A stretch of DNA of 64,000 nucleotides from Thermoanaerobaculaceae bacterium (GTDB taxonomy: Bacteria; Acidobacteriota; Thermoanaerobaculia; Multivoradales; UBA5704), in assembly GCA_963785165.1 (NCBI GenBank), contig CAWAUI010000004.1, positions 3,712,074-3,776,073 on the forward strand, written 5' to 3'. The position numbers and the translations under genes were made by a program. This document shows, one piece after another, positions 1-8,943 of this stretch. The notes below the pieces were generated by a model. It saw only the letters and a list, made by a program, of their open reading frames with translations, was not told the origin of the DNA and did no database searches. Positions within the stretch are counted from its first letter, which is position 1. The number at the start of each line of letters is the position of its first letter.

Positions 1-2376
1 AGGAATCCCGGCTTCACCGCCGTGGCCGTGCTGACCCTCGGCCTCGGCATCGGCGCCAACACGGCCATCTTCAGCGTCTTCAACGCCGTGCTCCTGCGCC
101 CACTGCCCTACCCTGAATCCGGAGACCTGGTCCTGGTCTGGGCCACCAACGCGGAGAACGGCGACCGGGAAGACGTCACCTCCTATCCCAATTTCGAAGA
201 CTGGCAGGCGCGGAGCCGGAGCTTCGAGCGCCTGGCGGCCTTCACCACCCGCGGCAGGACCCTCTCCGGCAGCGAGCAGGCGGAGAGGGTCAACGCGATC
301 CAAGCCACCCCCGGATTCTTCGAGACGCTGGGGGTCTCCCCCTCGCTCGGGCGCACCTTCCGGCCCGGCGAAGAAGCCGAGGGGGCACCCCGGGTCGCCG
401 TGCTGAGCGACGGCCTCTGGAGGCGATCGTTCGGAGGCCGGGCGGACGTGCTGGGACGGACGCTGCGAATGAACGAGGAGACGTGCACGATCGTCGGCGT
501 CATGCCGCCGGGATTCCGGTTCGCCCTTGGAGATCCGGAGCAGCTCTATACACCGCTGGTGCGCGACCCCAGCCGCAACCATGGCTTCGTGCGGGTGCTG
601 GGCCGCCTGCGGCCGGGTGTGCCCCTGCGGACCGCCCAGGCGGAGATGGACGTCCTCGCGGCCGGCCTCGCGCAGCAGTACCCGGACACCAACGAGGGTA
701 CCGGCGCCCGAGTGGTGCCGCTCGTGCACGCCATGGTGGGTCCCGCCCGTGGCGGCCTGGCCGTTCTCCTGGGCGTCGTGACGCTGGTGTTGCTGATCGC
801 CTGCGCCAACGTGGCCAACCTCATGCTGGCCCGCAGCGCCGCGCGCCAGCGGGAGCTGGCTTTGCGGGCAGCGCTGGGCGCCGGCCGGACACGGCTTCTG
901 CAACAACTGCTCACCGAGAGCACGGCCCTGGCCTTGGCGGGCGGCGTGCTCGGTCTGCTCCTCGCGAGCTGGACGGCGCGGCTTCTGGTACGGCTGCTGG
1001 CGCGGGATTTCCACATCCCCCGCATCGAGAGCACGGGCGTGGACGGCTGGGTTCTGGGCTTCGCCCTTCTGCTTTCGGTGGCCACCGGGCTTTTCTTCGG
1101 AGCCCTGTTCGCCCCGGCCGCCGCGTCCCGAAACCTGAACGAGACCCTGCGCGACACCGGCCGGGCAACGGCCGGAGGCCCGCGCGGCCGGCGCCTGCGC
1201 AGCCTGCTCGTGGTCACCGAGATCGCGCTGGCCCTGGTGCTGCTGGCCGGCGCCGGGCTGCTGCTCAAGAACCTCTGGGTGATGCGGGGCACGGCGCCGG
1301 GATTCGAGAGCCGGAACGTGCTGGCCGCGAGCTTCTGGCTGCCACCCGACCGCTACTCCAGCGCCTCCGCTCGGTGGCAGCTCTGCGAGGAGCTCGTGGC
1401 ACGCTCCGAAGCCTTGCCCAGCGTCCACTCCGCCGCCCTGGTGGCCAACCTTCCCATGGATGGCGGATCGGATTCGCTGCTCTTCCACGTCACGGGACGG
1501 CCCGATCCGCCGAACGAAGGCGGATTCTCGTCGAATTTCAACATCGCGAGCCCCGGATACTTCCGCACCCTGGGCATCCCCGTGCGCTCGGGGCGCGAAT
1601 TCACGAATCAGGACTCGGCGGGCGCGCCGGGCGTGATCGTGATCAACGAGACGGCGGCGCACCGTTTCTGGCCAGGCCAGAACCCGCTCGGCAAAACCAT
1701 CGTGCTGCCCGCGGGAGAAGGCGATGCCGGCGTGTCTCTCACCGTGGCCGGCGTCACCGCGGACGTTCGGCAGCAGGGGCTGGGAACCGCGCCAGAGCCC
1801 GAGATCTTCCTCAACTTCCTGCAACCCTCTCCCCCATGGTCCGTGGTCCTGGTCGTTCGCACCACGGGAGAGCCGGCCGCAATGGCCGCGGAGATCCGGC
1901 GGCTTGCGCGTGACGTCGATCCCGGCGTGGCGGTGCCCGAGGTGCGCACGCTCGACGAGATCCTCGCCGCCTCCCTTGCGCAGCCCCAGGTCTACACGCT
2001 GCTGCTCGGTGTTTTCGCGGCCCTGGCCCTGACGCTGGCGGCGGTGGGACTGTACGGTCTCGTCGCCTACACAGTGGCGCAGCGGACACCGGAGTTGGGC
2101 GTGCGGCTCGCTCTCGGCGCGGAGCGCGGCAAGGTTCTGCGGCTGGTGCTGTGGCAAGGCCTGGGACTGGCGCTCGCCGGAACGGCTCTCGGCCTCCTGC
2201 CGGCCCTGGCGGTGGCCCGGCTCCTCCCCCGCCTGATGCCGGGGGCCGCCGCCGGCGACCTCTGGACGCTGGCGGCCGTTTCGGCCCTGCTGATCGGAGT
2301 GGCGCTGGCTGCGAGCTATCTGCCCGCGCGGCGCGCTTCGCGGGTGGACCCCACGGAGGCGCTGCGGTACGGCTGA
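1..2376 (+). CDS. MacB/FtsX-type ABC transporter permease with duplicated FtsX modules (ADOP-like); 5' end outside window
   Basis: Frame 1 open from nt 1 (RNPGFTAVAVLTLGLGIGANTAIFS...). Two FtsX-type TM modules (...LIACANVANLMLARSAARQRELALRAALGA... and ...AQRTPELGVRLALGAERGKVL...), each after a large extracytoplasmic domain. Stop 2374-2376. Confidence 0.85.
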   Translation, partial: RNPGFTAVAVLTLGLGIGANTAIFSVFNAVLLRPLPYPESGDLVLVWATNAENGDREDVTSYPNFEDWQARSRSFERLAAFTTRGRTLSGSEQAERVNAIQATPGFFETLGVSPSLGRTFRPGEEAEGAPRVAVLSDGLWRRSFGGRADVLGRTLRMNEETCTIVGVMPPGFRFALGDPEQLYTPLVRDPSRNHGFVRVLGRLRPGVPLRTAQAEMDVLAAGLAQQYPDTNEGTGARVVPLVHAMVGPARGGLAVLLGVVTLVLLIACANVANLMLARSAARQRELALRAALGAGRTRLLQQLLTESTALALAGGVLGLLLASWTARLLVRLLARDFHIPRIESTGVDGWVLGFALLLSVATGLFFGALFAPAAASRNLNETLRDTGRATAGGPRGRRLRSLLVVTEIALALVLLAGAGLLLKNLWVMRGTAPGFESRNVLAASFWLPPDRYSSASARWQLCEELVARSEALPSVHSAALVANLPMDGGSDSLLFHVTGRPDPPNEGGFSSNFNIASPGYFRTLGIPVRSGREFTNQDSAGAPGVIVINETAAHRFWPGQNPLGKTIVLPAGEGDAGVSLTVAGVTADVRQQGLGTAPEPEIFLNFLQPSPPWSVVLVVRTTGEPAAMAAEIRRLARDVDPGVAVPEVRTLDEILAASLAQPQVYTLLLGVFAALALTLAAVGLYGLVAYTVAQRTPELGVRLALGAERGKVLRLVLWQGLGLALAGTALGLLPALAVARLLPRLMPGAAAGDLWTLAAVSALLIGVALAASYLPARRASRVDPTEALRYG

Positions 2377-2399
2377 TCCAGGTTTGTCAGGCTAAAAAC

Positions 2400-4427
2400 C
2401 TACGGCGCCGAGCCGCTCCAGGCGCCCAGGTTGCCGCTCTCGAAGCCGTCGCTGAAGATGGCGGACGGCACGCCTGTCGCCGTGACCTGGACGCAGGCCG
2501 AGGGGCCGGATTCACAGTTGCCGGTGGCGTCCAGGCCATGGACCCGGTAGGCATAGGTGATCGTGCCGAAAACCGAGGTGTCCGTGTACGGCGAGCCGGC
2601 GACGCCGGTGGCGATGCGGGTGAACGGACCCGGCGAGGCGCAGGTGCCGATCGCCTGGTAGACGTTGAACGTGGATGAAGGGGGCGAGCCGTTCCCCCAG
2701 GTAATCTGCACCTGGTTCGGGGCGGTCGCGGTGGCCGTGCCGATGGCCGGCGCGCCCGGAGGGGTGCAGGGGGTGTCGGCGATCCGGGCCGTCCAGATCT
2801 CCTCCCGCGCGTTGTCGCGCCGGTCCGTCCAGGAGGGGAAGAAGACGCCGCCGATGCCGGAGAGGCCGTTGGCGTCGCCGTACTGGTTGCCGAAATCCGC
2901 CCCGGCGACGGTCTCGTCCGTCTGGGCGGTGGTCACCTTGAACGGCGGCGTCCAGGTGACGCCGTCGTTGTAGGAGGACTGGTACCAGAGGTCGGTCTTC
3001 TGGCGGCCCGGGTCGCCCACCGTGTCCTGGTAGATGATGCCCAGGGCGCCGGTGGTCTCGTCCACCACCATCCAGGGGCCGAACTGGTCGTTGAGCGAGG
3101 CTTGATTGTTGATCATCACCGGCGCCGGCCAGGTGGTGCCGCCGTTGGTGGAGCGTGAGAACCAGATGCGCGACTTGCACGCCGAGGCCACGTTGGACCC
3201 CGGCTCGTCGGCGGCGGAGGTGCAGCCCGCGGCCCCGGTGAGGTCCGTCCAGGTGGCGTAGACCAGGTCCTTCCCCGCCGTGCGGTACGCGCCGCCGGAG
3301 ACGTAGACGAGCGCCCGCCGGCTGTTGAAGGAGGGGACGCCGACGTCGAAGCTGGTGAACGTGGTGGCCACCGCGACCGGCGTGCCATAGGAGACGCCGC
3401 CGTTGGTGGACTTCACGGCGAAGATCTTGTGGTTGCCGGTGGTGGGCCAGAAGCCGAAAACGTCGCCGAAGGCGTTGGTCTTGACGTCGCCGCCGATCGC
3501 CACGCCCGCCGACTCCGCGCCGCTCACCTGCACCGGCGTCTGCCAGGAGCCGGCCGGCCCCGTGCGCCGGTTCATGAACGCCGGGGCGCCGTTGTACCAG
3601 ATGGCGTAGACGGTGTCCTTGAACGGCGAAGCCGCGGCGTGGTCGACCCAGATCTTCGGCCGGTCGGCCGCCGTCTGGGCGCCGGAGAAGGTGGCGTCGA
3701 AGGTCCAGGTGGCGCCGTTGTCCACCGACTTGTAGGCCCGCAGCCGAAATTCCGTGGCGGCGGCGTTGATGCCGATGGTGGACGCCCAGGCGGTGCCGTC
3801 CGAGGTCCAGTCCACGGCCGGATCGGAATGGAAGGCGTCGCCCGCGACGAGCGGCAGGCTCGCCTGCCCCCAGCTCGCGCCGCCGTCGGTCGAATAGAGC
3901 TGGGCCTGGGTGCCGCTCCCCGTGATGTTGTTGGCGCCGGCGATGACCTTCATCGGATCCCCGTAGTTGACGCGGATGTCCGATTCGCTCCGCGGCGCCG
4001 TCTGCAGGCCCGAGATCCGCTGCTCGCCCGACGCCGAGGCACTCGCCTCGGGGAACCCTTCCCGCTCCCCCGGTCCGGGAACGAGATCCTGGTGGCTCTC
4101 CATCCAGGCTTGTACGTTGCGGAGCAGGCGTGGATAGCCGCCCGTGGGATCGGACGCCGAAAACGCCATCTCCGGATGCGCCTTGCGCCAGAGCACCCGC
4201 AGCCACAACGGGATGCCAAGGGCGTCCTCGGCCTCCTCGGGGCGCAACAGGGAAAAGTCCTGGTTGGCGGTGATCAGGGCCTCGAGAGCGCTGCGCGGGA
4301 TCACCGCGCCGGCCCGGAGCTGATCGGCGAGCGGCGGCCAGGCGGGAGCCGCTTGGGCGCCCGCGCCCATCGCGTTCAGGAGGAAGACGCCAAGAGTTAG
4401 AAACAGGACCGGCATTCGCTTTTTCAA
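2400..4427 (-). CDS. secreted BNR/Asp-box beta-propeller (sialidase-fold) protein with C-terminal FN3-like module
   Basis: 675-aa ORF, TTG start after GGAGGA. Signal peptide MKKRMPVLFLTLGVFLLNAMGAGAQA. Asp-boxes STDGGASW, SVDNGATW, STNGGTTW, YNDGVTW. FN3-like module PCTPPGAPAIGTATATAPNQVQITW. Tail IFSDGFESGNLGAWSGSAP. Confidence 0.8.
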   Translation of the reverse strand: MKKRMPVLFLTLGVFLLNAMGAGAQAAPAWPPLADQLRAGAVIPRSALEALITANQDFSLLRPEEAEDALGIPLWLRVLWRKAHPEMAFSASDPTGGYPRLLRNVQAWMESHQDLVPGPGEREGFPEASASASGEQRISGLQTAPRSESDIRVNYGDPMKVIAGANNITGSGTQAQLYSTDGGASWGQASLPLVAGDAFHSDPAVDWTSDGTAWASTIGINAAATEFRLRAYKSVDNGATWTFDATFSGAQTAADRPKIWVDHAAASPFKDTVYAIWYNGAPAFMNRRTGPAGSWQTPVQVSGAESAGVAIGGDVKTNAFGDVFGFWPTTGNHKIFAVKSTNGGVSYGTPVAVATTFTSFDVGVPSFNSRRALVYVSGGAYRTAGKDLVYATWTDLTGAAGCTSAADEPGSNVASACKSRIWFSRSTNGGTTWPAPVMINNQASLNDQFGPWMVVDETTGALGIIYQDTVGDPGRQKTDLWYQSSYNDGVTWTPPFKVTTAQTDETVAGADFGNQYGDANGLSGIGGVFFPSWTDRRDNAREEIWTARIADTPCTPPGAPAIGTATATAPNQVQITWGNGSPPSSTFNVYQAIGTCASPGPFTRIATGVAGSPYTDTSVFGTITYAYRVHGLDATGNCESGPSACVQVTATGVPSAIFSDGFESGNLGAWSGSAP

Positions 4428-4440
4428 AGGCGTCCTCCAG

Positions 4441-4480
4441 ACACGAAATCGGGCCGCGCCTCGAGAAAGAGACGCGGCCC
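4441..4480 (-). terminator. intrinsic-terminator-like hairpin downstream of the S1 protease gene
   Basis: 8-bp GC stem GGGCCGCG (4451-4458) / CGCGGCCC (4473-4480), 14-nt loop. On the minus strand it is followed by GAUUUCGUGU. Confidence 0.4.
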
Positions 4481-4504
4481 GGAGACTTTAGGGGGCAAGG
4501 ACTC

Positions 4505-7165
4505 TTACGGGTTCGAACCGCTCCAGGCGCTGGTGTTGCCGCTCTCGAAGCCGTCGTTGAAGATGCCGCCCGCCGTGCAGACGTCCGCGCTGGAGACGTT
4601 GACGGAGTCGACGAACCAGCCGGTGGACGCGATGCTGCTGTCGTCGCCCTCGTGCCAGCGCAGCTGGATGCTCGAACCCGCGAAGGCCCCGAGGCTGGCG
4701 GTGACCTTGGTCATCGCACCGATCGTACCGTTGCACCAGGCCCGCTTGCCGCCGATCGGGTTCATGTGGCTGGTGGACACGGTGCCGTTGAACCCGCCCG
4801 CCGTGAAGGCCGCGTCCGGCAACACCGTCCAGGGGCCGCCGCCGACCGAAACCTCCAGCGTGCCGCCGTCGAAGCACGTGGTCGTGTTCTCGAACGCGAA
4901 GGTGTGCCAGAAGTTGAGCACGGAGGCAGCCGAAGGCACCATGGCGGGGGTGACCAGGACCCGGTCGGAGACGATGGTCTGGCTGGCCGAGGACCAGGAG
5001 TGCGTGGGCGTCTGCGACTGCGAGGTCGACCATGCCCAGTCGGTGGCCCCCGCCACCGGCGCGTGCGTCCAGCCCGGATTGTCGAAACCGCCGGGACCCT
5101 CGAAGGTCTCGTCGAGCAGGGTGGAGACCGGGCCGGTGACCGTGGCGCTGCGCTGCACGGTGTTGGGGTCGGCGACGCTGTTCCCGCCGTCGACCGCGCG
5201 CACGACGTAGAAGTAGGCCGTGCCGCTGACGAGCATCGAGGTGTCGGTGTAGCCCGTGCCGGTGACTCCCGAGGCGATCAGGTTGGCCGGACCCGGCACG
5301 AAGCCGGTGGTGGTGGAACGGTAGACGTTATAGGTGACCGGACCGCCGCAGTTGGCGGTGGCCGCCGCCCAGGCGAGGGTGATGCCGCAGGAGGTGGCCC
5401 CGTTGTTGGTGGCGCCGGCCAGCCCCGCGAAGGCCGGCGGCAGCGTGCAGGCGCCGGTGGCCGTGGCCTGGACGCAGCTCGACGGGGTGGATTCGCAGAA
5501 GCCGGTGGCATCGCGGCCGGTGACGCGGAACGCGTAGGTCGTGCCGCCCGAAACCGTGGTGTCGTTGAACGGCGAGCCGGCGACGGCGGGGCCGACCACG
5601 GAGAAGGTTCCGGGGGAGGCGCAGGTCCCCGAGGCGCGGTAGACGTTGAACGACGTCGAGGAGGGCGCGCCGTCGCTCCAGGTGACCTGGATGGTGTTGG
5701 GCGCGGTCGCCGTGGCGGTGCCGATGGCGGGCTGGCCCGGAGGGGTGCAGGGGCCGATGCCGTCGATGGCCATGGCGCCGGTGTTGCCGGCGTCGAGCCA
5801 GTTGGAGAGGCGGGTGCTGTTGGTGCCGCCGCCGGTCCAGGAGACGCCGAAGCGGCCGTAGATGTCCGACAGGTTGTCGCCGGTGGCGCCACAGGCGGAG
5901 GGGCCGCCATGGAGCTGGCCGATGAAGCGGCCGGCGGCGTCGTAGAGCGGCGAGCCCGAGGAGCCCGGCTCGGTCACGCCCGGCACGGTGAACGGTCCGG
6001 GAGGATCGGTCGCCCAATGCACCCAGATATGAGTGCCGTCGCCCGGGGTGGGCGGCGGAGCGCTGGCCCAACTGCTGGGCACCATGGTGGCCACCGAGTA
6101 GGTGATGCGCTTCTCGTCCGTGCTCGGGTGGTGGATGGAGGTGCAGGGAGCCCCGGGGGTGCAGGTGACGTTGCCGGTCGAGCGGTCCCAGCCTGCCCAA
6201 AAGTGGTTGAACGCCGGAACCGGCGGATCGTCGAGCTCGACCAGGGTGAAGTCGGAGGCCGCGGAAGCGGCGCGGAAGAAGGAGCCGGTATGGAACTGGG
6301 TGAGCGTTCCGTCGCCCGGCTGGCCGCTCTGGGCACTGCCCGGCGTCCGGCAGAACGAATTCTGGAAGTTCCAGAAAGCCACCAGCGAGCCGGAGTTGCC
6401 GGAGTTGATGCTGCAGTGGTTGGCGGTGATGAAGTACATCTTGTGGTCACCGGCCGTGTCGTTGATCAGCGATCCGGTGCAGAAGGTCGAGCCGCCGGTC
6501 GAGATCACCGCCACCGCCTGCATCTGCACCCGCCAGGGGTCGCCGGCGTCGAGGCACTCGACGTCGAGGTTGCAGCTTCCCGACTTGACCAAGGGGGTCG
6601 TGCCGAAGCCCCGGTAGCCCTGGTTGATGGACCCCAGCTCGAGCACCACCTCGTCCTTCTCGTTCGCCTGCACCGTGAGCTCGACGACGACGTCGTCGCT
6701 CAGCACCGGCGGCGTCCACAGCTGGCCGTGCTCTTCGTTGTCGGCGGCGGTGAAAGCCCGCAGCTTCTCCTTGCCGTCCGTCGAGTAGAGGAGCAGGCTG
6801 GCGTGCTCCGGCAGCTTGTAGCCCGTGAAGCCGAGGTTGATCGAAGTCGTCCCCTCGCGGCCGAGGATGCGCAGGCGCCAGAGCATCCTGCCATCCGGCA
6901 GGGTCTCCCAGGTGCCGCGGGCGGCGGGCGTGATCGAGACCGCCTCCGGGATGGCGTAGCGCGGCGGCAGCCCCTGGCTGTCGCGCGCCTCGTCTTCCCT
7001 GGCGATCGCCAGAAGGTCCAGGGGCGATCCCAGCACGGAGTCGATCCGGCTGACGTCCATCACCGGAAACTGGCTGGCGGTGGGATTGACGGCCTGGGCC
7101 ACCAGTCCAGCGGCGTTGCCCAGCAGCGTCAAGGCGAAAACGATCCCCAGCGCACGCATCTTCAT
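4505..7165 (-). CDS. secreted trypsin-fold (S1, lysyl-endopeptidase-like) serine protease with FN3-like modules and C-terminal beta-sandwich
   Basis: 886-aa ORF with AAGGAGG upstream of ATG and a signal peptide. Motifs ITANHC (His) and EPGSSGSPLYD (Ser). Two FN3-like modules. Tail IFNDGFESGNTSAWSGSNP. Confidence 0.8.
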   Translation of the reverse strand: MKMRALGIVFALTLLGNAAGLVAQAVNPTASQFPVMDVSRIDSVLGSPLDLLAIAREDEARDSQGLPPRYAIPEAVSITPAARGTWETLPDGRMLWRLRILGREGTTSINLGFTGYKLPEHASLLLYSTDGKEKLRAFTAADNEEHGQLWTPPVLSDDVVVELTVQANEKDEVVLELGSINQGYRGFGTTPLVKSGSCNLDVECLDAGDPWRVQMQAVAVISTGGSTFCTGSLINDTAGDHKMYFITANHCSINSGNSGSLVAFWNFQNSFCRTPGSAQSGQPGDGTLTQFHTGSFFRAASAASDFTLVELDDPPVPAFNHFWAGWDRSTGNVTCTPGAPCTSIHHPSTDEKRITYSVATMVPSSWASAPPPTPGDGTHIWVHWATDPPGPFTVPGVTEPGSSGSPLYDAAGRFIGQLHGGPSACGATGDNLSDIYGRFGVSWTGGGTNSTRLSNWLDAGNTGAMAIDGIGPCTPPGQPAIGTATATAPNTIQVTWSDGAPSSTSFNVYRASGTCASPGTFSVVGPAVAGSPFNDTTVSGGTTYAFRVTGRDATGFCESTPSSCVQATATGACTLPPAFAGLAGATNNGATSCGITLAWAAATANCGGPVTYNVYRSTTTGFVPGPANLIASGVTGTGYTDTSMLVSGTAYFYVVRAVDGGNSVADPNTVQRSATVTGPVSTLLDETFEGPGGFDNPGWTHAPVAGATDWAWSTSQSQTPTHSWSSASQTIVSDRVLVTPAMVPSAASVLNFWHTFAFENTTTCFDGGTLEVSVGGGPWTVLPDAAFTAGGFNGTVSTSHMNPIGGKRAWCNGTIGAMTKVTASLGAFAGSSIQLRWHEGDDSSIASTGWFVDSVNVSSADVCTAGGIFNDGFESGNTSAWSGSNP

Positions 7166-7260
7166 AGTTGAGGCCTCCTTGTCGGATTCCGCACGCCGGC
7201 CGGCTTCAGGGGGCCTATTTTTAGACGCCCACGAGGCTGCGGGGGCAGAAAAGAGGTATC

Positions 7261-7290
7261 ACTATAAGCTCTCTCCTCTTTAAGCCGCAA
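7261..7290 (-). promoter_or_regulatory. sigma70-like promoter candidate for the S1 protease gene
   Basis: Minus strand: TTGCGG (7285-7290), 18 nt, TATAGT (7261-7266), about 95 nt upstream of the ATG at 7165. Confidence 0.35.
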
Positions 7291-7311
7291 CCAAAAATCG
7301 CTCCCGCGGGC

Positions 7312-8631
7312 TCAAGCCCCCAGAACCCTCCGCACGGCCTCCGCCAGCACGCCCGGCTCCAGCTCCTCGAGCTCGTAGGTGACGTTCGCGATGGGCTTGT
7401 TCACCTGGAGGATGCGCCGGAGGTCGATGGGCGTCCCCTCCACCACCACGTCGGCCGGGGTGGCGTTGATGGTCGCCTCCAGGTCCCGGATCTGGTGCTC
7501 GCCGTAGCCCATGGCCGGGAGGATCTTGCGGGAGTTGGGATACTTCTCGTAGGTCGCGCGGATGGAGCCCACGGCGTAGGGGGTGGCGTCCACGATCTCG
7601 GCCGCGCCCGCCTGCTTCGCCGCGAACCAGCCGGCGCCGTAGGTCATGCCGCCGTGGGTGAGGGTGGGGCCGTCCTCGATCACCAGGGCCCGCTTGCCGC
7701 GGATCAGCTCGGGGTCTTCCACGTGGATGGCCGAGCGGCACTGGATCACCCGCGCCTTGGGATTGTTCCGGCGGCAGCTTTCGAGCACCTGCTCGACGTT
7801 CTTCGGGTCCGCCGTGTCGACCTTGTTGACGATCAGGAGGTCGGACATCCGCAGGTTCGTCTCGCCCGGATAGTAGCTCGTCTCGTGGCCGGGCCGGTGG
7901 GGGTCGAGCAGGGTGATGTGGAGGTCGGGCTTGTAGAACGGCGTGTCGTTGTTGCCGCCATCCCAGAGGATGACCTCGGCCTCCTCTTCGGCCTGGCGCA
8001 GGATCTTCTCGTAATCCACCCCGGCGTAGACCACGAAGCCGTTGTCGATGTGGGGCTCGTACTCCTCGCGCTCCTCGATGGTGGTCTCGTGGCGGTCGAG
8101 ATCCTCGTAGGTGGCGAAGCGCTGGACAGCCTGCCTGGCGAGGTCGCCATAGGGCATGGGGTGGCGCACGGCCACCACCTTCTTGCCGAGGCCGCGGAGG
8201 ATGCGGGAGAGGTAGCGCGTCGTCTGCGACTTGCCCACCCCCGTGCGCACGGCCGTGACGGCGATCACCGGCTTCGAGGAGGGGAGCATGGTGCGGGTGG
8301 CCGAGCAGATGCCGAAGCTCGGCCCCCAGCCCACCACGGCGCTCCCCTTGTGCAGGAGGTCCATGTAGGAGACGTCCGAGTAGGAGAACCAGACCTCGTC
8401 CACCTCATGCTCGCGGACGATCGTCTCCAGCTCCTCCTCGGCCCGGATGGGGATGCCGGACGGGTAGAGCGCCCCGGCCAGCTCGGGCGGGTACGTCCGC
8501 CCCGCGATATCGGGAATCTGGGCCGCCGTGAAGGCCACGACCTCATAGCCCTCGGCGCCCCGGAACAAGGTGTTGAAGTTGTGAAAATCCCGCCCCGCCG
8601 CTCCCATGATCACGACTTTTCTCCGGCCCAT
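7312..8631 (-). CDS. P-loop protein of the COG2403 predicted-GTPase / cyclic 2,3-diphosphoglycerate-synthetase-like family
   Basis: 439-aa ORF with GGGAGG upstream of ATG. P-loop AVRTGVGKSQTT. Family assignment from memory of overall sequence pattern. Confidence 0.7.
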   Translation of the reverse strand: MGRRKVVIMGAAGRDFHNFNTLFRGAEGYEVVAFTAAQIPDIAGRTYPPELAGALYPSGIPIRAEEELETIVREHEVDEVWFSYSDVSYMDLLHKGSAVVGWGPSFGICSATRTMLPSSKPVIAVTAVRTGVGKSQTTRYLSRILRGLGKKVVAVRHPMPYGDLARQAVQRFATYEDLDRHETTIEEREEYEPHIDNGFVVYAGVDYEKILRQAEEEAEVILWDGGNNDTPFYKPDLHITLLDPHRPGHETSYYPGETNLRMSDLLIVNKVDTADPKNVEQVLESCRRNNPKARVIQCRSAIHVEDPELIRGKRALVIEDGPTLTHGGMTYGAGWFAAKQAGAAEIVDATPYAVGSIRATYEKYPNSRKILPAMGYGEHQIRDLEATINATPADVVVEGTPIDLRRILQVNKPIANVTYELEELEPGVLAEAVRRVLGA

Positions 8632-8862
8632 GAGCGACCTCCCGTCGGTTGAGCACAGGCCCAGAATACGAAGGGAAACCGCGCAATGGCGCCGCCCCGC
8701 GGGGTGGGGGGCTCAATCGCCGGGACCCAGGCCCCCCCTGTCTCCCCCCGCCCGCCGAAACCTTACAGCCGCCACCCCGTGTATGCTCCGCCATACACCT
8801 TCCGTGCGGCAGAGCACACGCTGCGGGCTCGCCGGAGGAGCTGCGCCCCAGGAGGAGAGGGA

Positions 8863-8878
8863 CGGCACCGGCTTTGCC
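8863..8878 (+). promoter_or_regulatory. sigma54 (-24/-12) promoter candidate for the Omp85-like/DUF4390-like/HK/bEBP operon
   Basis: cGGCACcggctTTGCc: GG at 8864-8865, GC at 8876-8877, canonical GGCAC-N5-TTGC spacing. A GTGTATG-N6-CATACAC dyad (8779-8798) lies about 75 nt upstream of it. Confidence 0.5.
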
Positions 8879-8943
8879 TTGAGAGTCAGGCTTTGCAGTC
8901 ACGCGCCATGGCGGCCCGTGCCCGTCGTTGGAGGTTTTCGCAC

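Noticed and set aside
4652-7171. Very long ORFs antisense to or out of frame with the called genes (for example 4652..7171, 483..1913, 16307..18589, 31636..33546, 38515..39834, 56285..58501).
   Set aside because: Their translations are Arg/Gly/Ala/Pro-rich low-complexity strings with no motifs. They mirror genes that carry clear family motifs. This is typical of stop-poor shadow ORFs in GC-rich DNA.
8686-8943. Upstream start (8686) for the Omp85-like gene.
   Set aside because: It would add 86 Pro/Arg-rich residues before the signal peptide and would run across the sigma54-like promoter.
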